DNA from: Eledone cirrhosa
Taxonomy: Eukaryota
Length of the DNA: 64,000 nt
Assembly: GCA_964016885.1 (NCBI GenBank)
Contig: CAXHJY010000146.1
Span: forward strand, 1 to 64,000
Direction: 5' to 3'
Of the stretch, positions 1 through 13,067 are shown in pieces. Made by a program: the position numbers and the translations under genes. The number at the start of each line of letters is the position of its first letter. Positions within the stretch are counted from its first letter, which is position 1. Below the pieces are notes generated by a model. The model saw only the letters and a program-made list of their open reading frames with translations, was not told where the DNA came from and ran no database searches.

Positions 1-1962
<1,962 letters not shown>

Positions 1963-2073
1963 ATTAATAATAATAAATTTCAAGACTAAAATCCAAAGAG
2001 GGCTCGATAAGGATAAATATATATCAAATATATAAGAAACGTAGAGCAAATATTTATTAAAATAACAGATTAA

Positions 2074-2124
2074 AGTTTAAGCAAAGAATCGCTGCTTTCA
2101 CCCTTAACGGGATCTTCTGAAACT
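2074..2124 (-). ncRNA. Candidate type I hammerhead ribozyme (variant core) at the PLE 3' end
   Basis: Minus strand reads AGTTT CAGAAGA T CCC-GTTAA-GGG T GAA AGCA-GCGATTCTT-TGCT T AAACT. Stems I, II and III all pair. The core is CAGAAGA instead of CUGANGA. Confidence 0.6.
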
Positions 2125-2211
2125 AACAAAGTCAATCTGTAAACGCAGAACTGGATATTTCAAAAAACGTTGCCACCGGAGGAAGATAGGAAGACGATAC
2201 TTTCCTTAGTG

Positions 2212-2487
2212 GAAACGTTCGCTGCCAAAGAACAGGAAAAAACGAATAAGATACGTCATTAATAGGAGCGGTGAAAAACAATTACGCACAAAGACAGAAC
2301 CACGTTTATGGTATAAAAGAGGTTGTAGACTAATGTTCTCTTAGGTGGTTCATAGAGACGTTCTCTGGCAATGAACGAAAAAAACGAAGATAATACGTCA
2401 TATGTGGAGCGTGGAGAACAATAGCACGCAAAGACAAAACCACGTAAATGGTATAGCAGAAGTCGTAGACTAAAATTCTAACTAGGA
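2212..2487. repeat. Two-copy ~143-bp diverged tandem repeat in the PLE 3' region
   Basis: gaaacgttcgctgccaaagaac...atacgtca...ggagcg...caaagac...accacgt...tggtata...gtagactaa occurs at ~2212 and again at ~2355. Confidence 0.85.
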
Positions 2488-3156
2488 GACCGAATGAATC
2501 TCCGCTACAGAGTTAAGAACAAAGTAAATAAATACAATACAGAAGTAATAGAAATAAATAAATACATACACGCAAACAAATACGTACATACACAAGCATA
2601 CGCAAAACACTTACCATAGGTATACAAAACCACGCACATATAAATATGTGTGTGTGTATGCGTGTATACAAATAAATAAATAAATAATTATATAAACGTA
2701 TATAAATAAATAAATACGTAAATACCAAGCGCACACACATACCTACATGTAAATACACGAATGTTCGGAGACGCAAGTCAATCAAAACATGAAGTACACA
2801 TATACACTATACACATACCCTACATACGTATGAGCTTGCATACTCACACAGATGCAAAACTCCCGTATACACATAGCCAAACCATATGTACCAGAATAAA
2901 AAAAATAAAAAAAGTTTATACGCCATAACATAAACAATCAAATATACGTACGAGAAGGTATACGTACCTTCACGAAATATACGGGTAATATATACTTACC
3001 TATGCAAATAAGTAATGGTATAAACAAAACATATACTTAGCTCCCACATCAAGACATAAAATATCCACGTATAGATCGTACTATCCATTAGGGTATAACG
3101 TGGGGCTGTAATACAGGAAAGTTTTGTGCAATTTATGTTTACAAGCCGAAATTGCC

Positions 3157-4620
3157 TTAGATTTTTTTGTTTAAGATGTGGTCTGTGGCGTAGAATATTT
3201 CCAGGGCCTCAGCGGCGCAGAGGTCACAAGGTCTTTTATTTCCGTTATACGATCTAGCCCTAGCTAGGATCTCCCAGTGTAACTTATATTGGGTGTGGTT
3301 GTCTTTTAGACTCCAGATATAAGCTGAAAGTGACGTCATATTCCTTCTTAGAGGGTAACAAAAAGAATGGGTATGCGTGTAAAGACGCTGCTTGAATCTA
3401 TTGGCGGTTAACCCTATGTAGGCCCTACGGGACGTGGGTGTTACAACCTTACATTTGTAGACAATGTTACTAGAGAGGCATTTCCCGGATAGGGGGCAAT
3501 CAACCCGATTCCTACAATTACAGTTAGTACTAACTACAGGGTTGCACGTGTTCCTACGGCTAGGTAGTTTAGCTAAATTTGAAGCTGTGATGTTATGTGC
3601 AAGGTTAGGAGTCGTAGAGTAAGAGATTTTAATAGTATTTCTATTAAAAATTTTACTATATTTATGTGTAGGGGGAAAATGCTTCGTAATAAGGGAAAGA
3701 AAGATCTTAGCTAATGGTGTGGCCACCTCCATATTATATGGTGGGCTATACCAACAAATGCGACAGGATCTATTTCTTCTAGGTCTATTTTCGTATTCTG
3801 TATATGCTACCTTATCAACAAATCCACTTCGAGCAAGAGCTTCATTGTAATAAGTGGAATGGTTATTGAAAATACGCTCGTTGGTGGAAAGACGGGAAAG
3901 CCTCAACGAAACGTTTCTTACCAGGTTCTTGGTTATGATGGCAGGATGGTTGGAATGCTTACTTATGTAATTAAGCATATCATTTGGCTTTCTATACGGG
4001 TAATACAACCCATTCAATAAATTGAGGGTAACGTCAAGGTAATTAACGACCGAGAGATTGGCCTCAACCTGTAAAGAGAGGTTGAAGCCTTTAAAGAAGG
4101 CTGTGAGTTCTTTTCTGAACCTGTCGCAAGCACGAGGTCGGCACTTAGTCATGGTCAAAAGACCATCGTCACGGTACAAACCACCGCCCGCGTTGGGGAA
4201 TTCGTCCTTGATAGAGAAAAGAAGGAAAAGGCCGATAAGATCAGTAACCTCCGCAGAATCACTAGCGCCCATGCTCACGTCGAATGGGGTGCTATTGGAT
4301 TTTTTAATCCAAATAGAGTCGTAGAAATTAATCACCGACTTTCGGGCATTGAGGATGACATCAACTTCGAAATCCTTAACCACTGAGTGTTTTAGCGAAA
4401 TTGATAGCTCTAAGGAGAAGTGGTAAAGTGATGGAGGAGTAGTAATTGTTGATGTCGAATTGGATAAAACGGCAATGTTCCTAGTTACATATGCTGTTGA
4501 ACCAATCAATCACCGCGAAAGAATTGTTCCACAGTGCAAGAGGGGCCAAACTTCTAATTTCAGGTATAATTCTATCAAGAATCGTTTTACTAAGTCTACC
4601 TAAATCGGTCTTCGTAGGGT
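3157..4620 (-). pseudogene. Disrupted PLE RT/GIY-YIG ORF
   Basis: Formed from ORFs 3157..4509 and 4481..4795, joined by one in-frame stop and a frameshift near 4385. The YRDD catalytic motif is intact. Confidence 0.85.
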
Positions 4621-4622
4621 TA

Positions 4623-4878
4623 ATTTCACATTGCTCCAGTTTACTCAGCTGTAGAAATAAGATGATAGGGACTGGGGTCCCTATCATTCCACGGCAAAAA
4701 AGCACCCAGCCCACACTGTAAAGTGGTCGTGTAGGCCCCACGGACAAAAAGCACCCAGCACTCACTGTAAATAAGGTTGGTGTTATGAAGAGCATCCAGC
4801 TGTAGAAATCAAGCCAGAATCAGTTCGCGTCCCACCTTTGCAAGCAGGGAAAAGCGGATGCAAAATGATGATGATGAT
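4623..4878 (+). mobile_element. 5'-truncated CORE-like SINE with RTE-type 3' tail
   Basis: Near-identical to 17950..18229 (atttcacattgctccagtttactcagctgtagaaat...). Carries an internal ~50-bp tandem duplication and ends in (GAT)n. Confidence 0.75.
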
Positions 4879-4957
4879 ATATATCATCATCATCGTTTAA
4901 TGTCCATGTTCCACGCTTGCATGGGTTTGATATATATATATATACATATATACATAC

Positions 4958-4988
<31 letters not shown>

Positions 4989-5899
4989 CATACTGTTGAC
5001 ATGGATTAAATATATTCAAAGGAAATCATAAACTAGCTGTGAACAAACAATAATTCAAAAAAGGTAACAAAATTACACCAGTCCTATAATTTTATATCCT
5101 TTTTCACCTGGAGAGCAACTATCCAAATTAGCGTTCAGAGTTATGAAACTTGTATTAAGTTATTTATGAGCACAACAATAGGTAGCTGAATTTTACTTTT
5201 TGTTCAATGCACCTTCTTCAAATTACCAAGTGCTAAAAATACAATAACATGCCTGTGCACATGTACAAACATGATTGTGTTTTACACTTGCCCAGGTAAC
5301 ATTTGACACTGTTACAAACGGATTGTCATCTCAAAAGGTGTTACACACCGACAAAAGATCACACATATTGTGTGGAAAGGGTTTAGTGCAGGGAATTAAC
5401 TCTGGTACTTGGATAGTGATGATAACAATGATTTATAATTTAGGCACAAAGCAAACAATTTGAGGGGAGGGGAAATTCAATTACATTGAAGCCAGTACAT
5501 GAATGGTGCTTTATTTTACTAACCCAAAACAAATACTGCTAAATATTTGTCCAACACTCCAATGACACTATCAATCCAGTGCCCTCTGATGGTATAATTA
5601 TAATAATTTTTCCTAGCATTGGCACAAGGGAAAGTCAATTATATCGACATGAGTACCTGACTGGCACATTATCTTAATCAACCAGGGAAGAATGACAAAG
5701 CAAAGTTGACCTTAGAACATACCAAAATACTGCAAAGCAATTTGTCCAATACTCTATCGATACTGCCAATCCACCATCATTGTGATGATCATGACGACAA
5801 AGATGAGGGGGAGGCGGCCAAGGAGTAGGACAATGTACTTTGGACTTTTGATGTCAGTAAGTAAACTAATGAATCAAGTGAAGGTGATTAGGCAGAAGT

Positions 5900-8775
5900 G
5901 TTATTAACTGAGATTATAATATCTCAGTGAACGTTTAACGAAAACTGCAGATGAGCAACAAAGGAAGGTTAGAGCAGTTTCTACAGTTGAAGTCAGAGAG
6001 AAAAATAAACAGGAACAGGAAATTATAATGAGACTGTTAGGGCTGCTGAAGAAGTTACAAATTGAACCCTGGTATTGCTGATGATGGTTATACAAGAGGA
6101 GGGAACCAAATGGTTGATGAATCACTTAAGGATTTAATGAATGCCCCTGAAGAAAAAAACCCGATGAATATGAGAAGGGTAGATAGGAGTATGATGAATG
6201 AAATTACAAAAAAGATAAATGTAGTCATACCACATATCCAGATGGAGAACATAACACAAACAAGGAATCTTATCTGAACTACTGTACTGCTTGTTGAGCA
6301 TAAATTACTACTGATAACAACGCAGAATAAGGCAAAAGAACCACGGTGGAAACACTGCATTAAAAAATGACATAATACAATCAAGGCAAGATTTAAGTAA
6401 AACTGAGCAATAGTTTAGAGAAAAATGGAAAAAAAGACAGATCAAGAGACAGACAATAAATATAAACTATAGAAGAATGGATTCTATACAGTAATGGAAC
6501 AGCTAAAACAGGATTTTGTTGAAAACCAAGATATGTGAACAGAAGTCAGTAGTTTGAAGAAAACAGATTTTTCCAAAATAATCCAAAACAATTCTTCCAC
6601 ACTTTGAAAGAGAAAATGGGAAGGATGATGTTCCTAATGCTGACCTGGCCAAGGAGTTTAGGAATGGGATATGGGGAAACACTGTGATGTATAGAAGGGA
6701 GACAGAGTGGATAAAAACCATCAAGACAGAGTTCCGTGGAGGAAATAGACAATCACCTGGCAATGGTACCAAATTGGAAAGCTCCCCGTCCAGATGGGGG
6801 TCCATAGATTTTGGTTGAAGAGATGCATTGTGATTCACGAAAGACTGGCAACTCAACTGAATGAATGCTTCCAGAGAGGGGCAGTTCCTGCTTGGATGGT
6901 AAGAGGAAGGCAACGCTTGTAATAAAAGATAGTAGGGGAATGTTGTAGGAAACTACTGTCCTATCGCATGCCTGAACATAATATGGAAGGTACTTACTGG
7001 CATATATATACCTTTCTTTTACAGGAAGGAACATGACCAAGGATCACCTGATGATCAATAAGACAGTTTTAAGGCATTGTATAAAAACATCATACAAACA
7101 TGTTTTGGTCTTGAATGACTTTAAGAAAACATGATATGGTGCCTCATCTTGGATTGTTGAATGCCTATCAATGTTTGGTATTGCTAACATCACAAATTTT
7201 CTTCTGAATAGTATGCTAGAGTGGAGAACAAAGTTGTACTCAAGTAATGTACTCTGAGAAATAGAAATTAAAAGGGGTATCTTCCAAGGTGGCTCATTTT
7301 TACTGTTACTATTTGTCATAGTACTTATACCTTTAACACTGACACTTAGGAAAGTTAAATTGGGTTACCAATGTGGAAAGAAAGGACAATTTATTAACCA
7401 TCTTCTGTTTACTGATGACCTGAAATTGTTTGGGAAGTCTGAAAACCAGATAGATTCTTTGGTTAAAACCATCCAGATATGTAAAAGTGACATCGGTAAG
7501 GAATTTGGGATTTTCAAAAGCTCTGTGCTCAATATAAAAAGAGGGAAAAAACCTCTAGTGCATTAAGGCTGCTATCGGGAGAAACCATAGAGGAACTGGA
7601 AAATAGTGGATACAAGTATTTGGGGAGTTTAGAATTGGATGCTATTTTACATTCAGAAATGAAAGAAAAGGTTTGAAAGACATATTTAAAAAGAGTAAAA
7701 ATGATTTTAAAATCCAACCTAAATGCAAGAAATATAGTAAGTGCAATGAATATCTAGGCAATTGCAGTGGCTAGATATAATGTGTCCATTCTCAGGTGGA
7801 CTGAAGAAGAAATATCAAAGTTGGAAAAAGTATGGAACTTTAAACCCTAAAGCAAATATAAATAAATACATTGTACATGAAGAGAAAGAATGGTCTCATC
7901 GATATGAATTATGGTATAAGGGGTGAAAGGAGAACACTTGCTGAATAGTTGGTAAACAGTGACAAAGAATTGTTGCAATATGCAGCAGAAGATAAAAGTA
8001 TAAATGCAGATGAAATGTTTGGTAAGGAAGAGTTTAACCAAAGAGTTGAAGAGAAGAGAAAAGAATATCCTCTGGAAATGAGACTGCATGGTTTAGAAGA
8101 AATACACAGGATATCAAGGATAGACACATCTTAAGGTGATTTGAAGTGTACCAATGAAAGATTTATAACTGCAGCACAAGACCAAGCTCTTGCTACCATT
8201 TCAGTGAAGTATAACATCTACAAAACTTCTGACACCCAGAAATACAGACTCTGTAAAAGAATGTGACAAACGAATACAAGCACTGTTATGATGAAGTCTG
8301 TACCTTCACTGGCTTTTATGTTGTAAATACCAATACGAAGTAACAGAGAAATGGTATGAGTATGTGACTTGTAAAGTAATGCATGATGATAGGAAAGCAA
8401 CAATATTCTAGGATTATGATTTTCAGACTGATAGAGTAATTGAGCATTGCCGACCGGACATTGACATATTGAACAAGAAAGACAAATACTGTCAGATCAT
8501 CAACATAGTTATACCAAATGACATGAATATTGCAAGTAAAGAGGTTTGTAATGCAAGAGGTTAATGTGAAAGTGATACCTGTTGTGAAATTCAAGACTTC
8601 TTAAAGCAGTTGGGAATACCCAGCAAGATTGGTGTCATACAAACATCAGCCTTGCTAGGCACTGCATACATTTGAAGGAAAGTATTATGTGAGGTCCTTG
8701 TTGTTTCTTGACAGATGACTAAAGAAACAAGGCATTTTCCATCTACACTGTGTAATAAAGTAATAATAATAATAA
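5900..8775 (+). mobile_element. Degraded R4/Dong-clade non-LTR retrotransposon (RT + restriction-like endonuclease)
   Basis: Broken-frame motifs EPRWK, NYCPIACLNIIWK, GIFQG, INHLLFTDDLKLFGKSENQIDSL, YKYLG, AAQDQAL, YRLC and RPDI. Ends in a (TAA)n run at ~8760. Confidence 0.75.
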
Positions 8776-9663
8776 AAGCATAAGCAAATGCATGAGGGAT
8801 GATGGAGGGATGTCCTTTCTTTATTCAGTTTTGCAGTAAAGGTATTTTGCTTTTTATTACCTATTATCAGAGTGAATTGAGATATCTGATAAGCAAGCAA
8901 AATAGTCTATCAAAAATTACTGGTATTTTGAACACTGATACCAGAAACCAAAAAATAGTTTAAATATTCAAGTGTATGTTCCAAATGATGAATGAACTGA
9001 AACAAGGAATTTGGGGCTATATATACCCCTAATATATATATATATATATATATATAAATGGTATGTGTGCACATGCACACACACACACACACAAAAACAT
9101 TTTCTTTTTTAGTCACCTGAAAGATTGCACATAGAGAAACTTTCAGTTGCACTGAAGTAAATCATTTCTCATTCATTCAAAGCCATTTGAGTACTTTCAT
9201 TCACTCACCTTTACATCCAAACATATATATCTATATATGGGTAATATATAAATGCATATGTACAATATACAAACACTCATACATTTTATATATACATATA
9301 CACATACACACAAGTACATGTATATTTGTGTGATGGTTCACAAAATAACACGATAAATTAAAAATCATGTTAATACTTGAAATAGAAGTTTTTGTTTGTT
9401 TGTTTTATTGTAGGGGTGTATGGATTTTCTTTCATTTTTCAATTATTATTAATTTTTTTTGTCAATAGGGTTATGATCAGTCAAGTGAACAAATTCAATG
9501 ATGACATGAGATTGTTGACAGTGAAGAGTCTATATTAAAAACTTGAGGCAATGTTCTTAGGATGAAGTGGGAAGCTGAATGAGACAGAAGTCAAAGACAA
9601 AACCACTAAGAACATCTAGTCAATGTAGTAACAGCATGTCATAGATACAGACACAGAAGTCAG

Positions 9664-9825
9664 TCAGTACGAGAAGTTTTTCTCATCACTTAAATATTCT
9701 TGAATTGCCTTTTGGTAATCCGGTTGTGACCATCTCTCAAACAAATAGTTACATTCAGTTTCATTCGTCAGTTCAAGCTTCGTGCGTTGATGACTGCGTA
9801 TTAATAATTTAGTTGCTTCCATAGC
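9664..9825 (-). CDS. CDYL: CDYL-like gene, terminal coding exon (AMEATKLLIRSHQRTKLELTNETECNYLFERWSQPDYQKAIQEYLSDEKNFSY*)
   Basis: Polypyrimidine tract plus tag acceptor at 9826-9828, phase 0 matching the previous exon, TGA at 9664-9666. Resembles the CDYL C-terminus (KLE..NE.EC..L...W). Not in the ORF track. Confidence 0.9.
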   Translation of the reverse strand, partial: AMEATKLLIRSHQRTKLELTNETECNYLFERWSQPDYQKAIQEYLSDEKNFSY

Positions 9826-10252
9826 CTATAAAGAGAAAACAGATAAGAATATCATACATAGTCTAATGATGGAGATGTAGGGGTGTAGTAATGACATACA
9901 GCAAATCTTGGGCATTTTTAAAATCTGGTGGAGCCCACCTCCTTTAGAGGTATGAACATGGCCTATTTCTTCCAAAGAAAGAAAGAAAGAGGTGATAGAG
10001 ATGAAGTGAGAAAGAAATAGAAAAGAAGAATTAACCTCAGCACTACACTGGTGATTTTTTTATAGACCTCACCGGGATTTGAACTCAGAACACAGAGACC
10101 AGGAACGAATACTACAAAGTATTTCATCTGACATTCTAATGATTGCTAATTCGCTGCCTTATATGCCAATACATGTATAAATACATTTACAAACTAATTA
10201 CTTTACAAAAATAAACAGGCACAAATACATGTATGTGTGTGTACATAGATTA

Positions 10253-11493
10253 CAGGCTGCTCAGTTCTTTAACCCTTTAGCATTTACATTAATCTATATG
10301 TACTTTTGCATTTTCACAATAAAGGCTTTATCTCATTATATCGAATCTGCGAGATTTTGATATTTATTTTGAGGACAATCCCTTAACAGTTACGGCTGGT
10401 CTGAAAGGGGTGAGAGAATTCTGGCCAGATATAGCCGGTTTAAATGCTAAGGGTTAAGGATATTTGTATGAATTTAGTAAAAGATGCATAAGTCATGAAA
10501 GAAAAACTTCATATGAGAAAAAATTGGCATGAATAATTTTGAGACTCTTCTTGATGCATCTATTCAATGAATCCATCATTAGCAACAATGACTGCTTCAA
10601 TAGGAAGTCTGAAATGTTGATATCTATTTTAGACATTATGCTAGTTATGGCGAAGATTTTATATCGTTATGGGGATGTTGATTGACTTCCCTCTCGATTA
10701 TACCCTGTATGTACTAGTCCAACAGATTCAGATTCAGGTCTGGAGAGCTAAGAAGCCATATGTTTGGGGTGATGTGATCGTGGAGATTGTAACTCATCCA
10801 TTCTTGGGTTGTTATGGCCTTATGAGACAGCACAGTCTTGTTGATAGGTGTACGGCCTTCCTTTGCTCACACTCTCTATCCAACACCTCCTTATAGTCAG
10901 TGAGAAGGCATGACATCATTGTTGCTCACAACTTCCAGAAGAGTTGCTGGAAACTTACAGGCTCTTGAAGTTTCAACTTGTTCAGCAAGTGCTTTGCGCG
11001 GATCAGACAGTTATCTTTTGATTTTTTGCAGACATCAAATTGACCTCTCTGCATCACATAGAGTTGTATCGAATGTTCTCATGTAAAATTCTTCCGTCAG
11101 CCATGAAACCTTGAGCTACTTAGCAATGCTATTTTTTGGCTTTCTGGGGTTCTTATCAATAATTTTTTGAATTATTCATACAAATTTGGGTGTTCTGATG
11201 GTATTAAAACTGTTAGATGTTTATGGTTGGCTTCTGCTGTAGAATCCTCATCAGCATCTCCCAGCTCTTTGCAAACTGTGACAGCAAACAATAATGCAGC
11301 TTTAAGGAAGCTGGCAATCTCTAAATTACTATGCTCTACCTTTAAGGTAACAATTACAGTATGCTTTTTCATTTGATGAGTTAGCTTCATGTCTGTCATC
11401 ATTTATTTGAAAAGAAAAAAAATGATAATCAAAACAAGTCAGAAAAAGTTAGAGCAATTAAAAGACGTGTTCTCAAACAAGTGAGCAACCCTG
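10253..11493 (-). mobile_element. Degraded Tc1/mariner-superfamily transposon
   Basis: TA-flanked imperfect TIRs: tacaggctgctcag at 10251 and gtgagcaaccctgta ending 11495. Transposase remnants: HTH-like N-terminus (ORF 11172..11402), YQQDCAVSH, W..SSPDLN.LD and IEAVI.A.DGFIE. Confidence 0.75.
10273..10453. mobile_element. piggyBac-like MITE (family A) nested in the mariner TIR
   Basis: TTAA at 10269-72 and 10454-57. TIRs ccctttagcattta / taaatgctaaggg. Sister copies at 33535 and 60045. Confidence 0.8.
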
Positions 11494-11640
11494 TAGACCT
11501 AAATAAGCAAGTGTTTTAAAGCCATTTAACCTGCTAAAACAGGGGCTAGCCTTGTGGGCCCCATGACAACCAGATGTCTTTCTTGATGTCGACCTATACA
11601 ACACACAAAGATACAGTATACTTATTTTAACTAGATACAG

Positions 11641-11670
<30 letters not shown>

Positions 11671-11675
<5 letters not shown>

Positions 11676-11794
11676 ATTTCTCCCGAATGAAACAGTTCTA
11701 GTCCTGTAGAAGCCATTTCTATATTAAATATTTATACTCTGCTATGTACCGAGTACCTTACTTACTCTGGTTACCCCCGATTGAACCCGGGATA

Positions 11795-11798
<4 letters not shown>
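11671..11798 (+). mobile_element. Short PLE 3'-end fragment with truncated hammerhead motif, inside (TA)n
   Basis: TGATGA T TTC-TCCC-GAA T GAA ACAG-TTCTAGTC-CTGT A, flanked on both sides by pure TA runs. Confidence 0.55.
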
Positions 11799-11830
<32 letters not shown>

Positions 11831-12139
11831 AGAAAGGGGAGTATGCATGCTACATTTCTACATTTAACAACAGTTGTGGAACACTGAACTCTCTCAAAAG
11901 CTTTTTCTTGATCAACAAATGCTATGGTAGAAGGGCTTACTCTTAGCTAGGTACTTCTCATGCAGCTGTTTCACAAGGAAGAGGGCATCTATGGTATCTT
12001 GACCCAGTATAATGCCAAACTGCATCTTGTCTATGCTAATTCTATTTCGAATTAGTTGTACAATAACTCTTTCTCTAACTTTCATAACCTAGTCAATCAA
12101 CTTGGCACCTCTATAGTTTCCTGTCTAGTGTGTCTTCTT

Positions 12140-12620
12140 TGGCCTTGTAGCAATTGACAATGATGCTGTTATGCCAGTCATATATATGACACCATCTTGT
12201 ATTACTTGCTTTATTATACACACCCTACCAGATGCTTTCAACATCCCAGCTACTATACTTTGCCTATCTTTATATCCTTAACTGCCTTACTTACTACACT
12301 GCTGCTAACTTGGAGATCTGGTCCCTCTGTTGGATGTGTTTGAAGCAGGCCATCTTCCTCTCATGCATTCTCCTTATTCAACAGTCTCCCATAATGGCAC
12401 TTCCATGCTTCTTTCTTCCTAGCGCCAGTGAAGGCAAGTGTGCTACAGTCATTTCAGACACATTTCTCCCCAACATTTTCATTTTCCCTCAAACACTGTC
12501 TTGCAATCTTGAAAACCTCACACTTATGGTTCTCACGTTGCAGAATTCCTTCACTCCTCGCTAAGTATACCTGTCGCCTGGCTTCTTTCTCAGCATCTTA
12601 ATACTATTCCCCGTGTATCA
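12140..12620 (-). mobile_element. Degraded RTE LINE fragment (pre-RT region)
   Basis: Direct similarity to 57700..58200 (acactgtcttgcaatcttgaa...ctcacgttgca, gttgacaatgatgct). Confidence 0.7.
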
Positions 12621-13067
12621 AGTGGTAATGCTGGTACTATGAGAAAATAAACCCAGTACATGCTGTGAAGTGGTTGCCATTAGGAAGAGCATCCAGCTAT
12701 AAAAATCATGCCAAAATTGAACATATGCACAAGACAGCCATCTGAGCTGCATGTCTAGCTTCAGTGTGTTGACAACCCATCTAACCCATGTAATCATGGA
12801 AAATAGATGTAAGACTGTGATAATGATTACAATGATAATGATGACGGTATATATTACATCAATAAAATCAGTTACCCATAATACAAGTTTCACAACTACA
12901 AATTTCTGAAACTTTTATTACAACTGCTTCTACTGATATAAAATAAAACAATTATTTCTCTGCTCTAAGTATAGTGGTCTGTCATCAGATAATGTTTTTA
13001 ACTAGTATAGCAGATACCAGTATATGTCTTACAATAAACACATTATGATATATAAATATATATATAT

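Larger units (their letters stand above)
1963..4622 (-). mobile_element. 5'-truncated Penelope-like retroelement (RT + C-terminal GIY-YIG endonuclease), Naiad-like motif set
   Basis: RT: INPTKTDLGRLSK..W..VIDWF, then FIQFDINNYYSSIT (read through a TAG at 4481-4483), FDVSMGA and GLYRDDGL. Linker: RICWYSPPY and CNCRNRVDCPLSGKC. Endonuclease: IVY..YIG..FKQR and CDLC. The long 3' region abuts the TA microsatellite. Confidence 0.9.

Noticed and set aside
3157-3530. Possible selenocysteine (UGA) recoding, as reported for some Naiad PLEs
   Set aside because: The Cys motifs (CNC..CPL..C, CDLC) are ordinary Cys codons in an open frame, and the only upstream in-frame stop is TAG.
9404-9409. AATAAA (minus) as the CDYL polyadenylation signal
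   Set aside because: Plausible, but the hexamer is common in AT-rich DNA and cannot be supported without transcript data.
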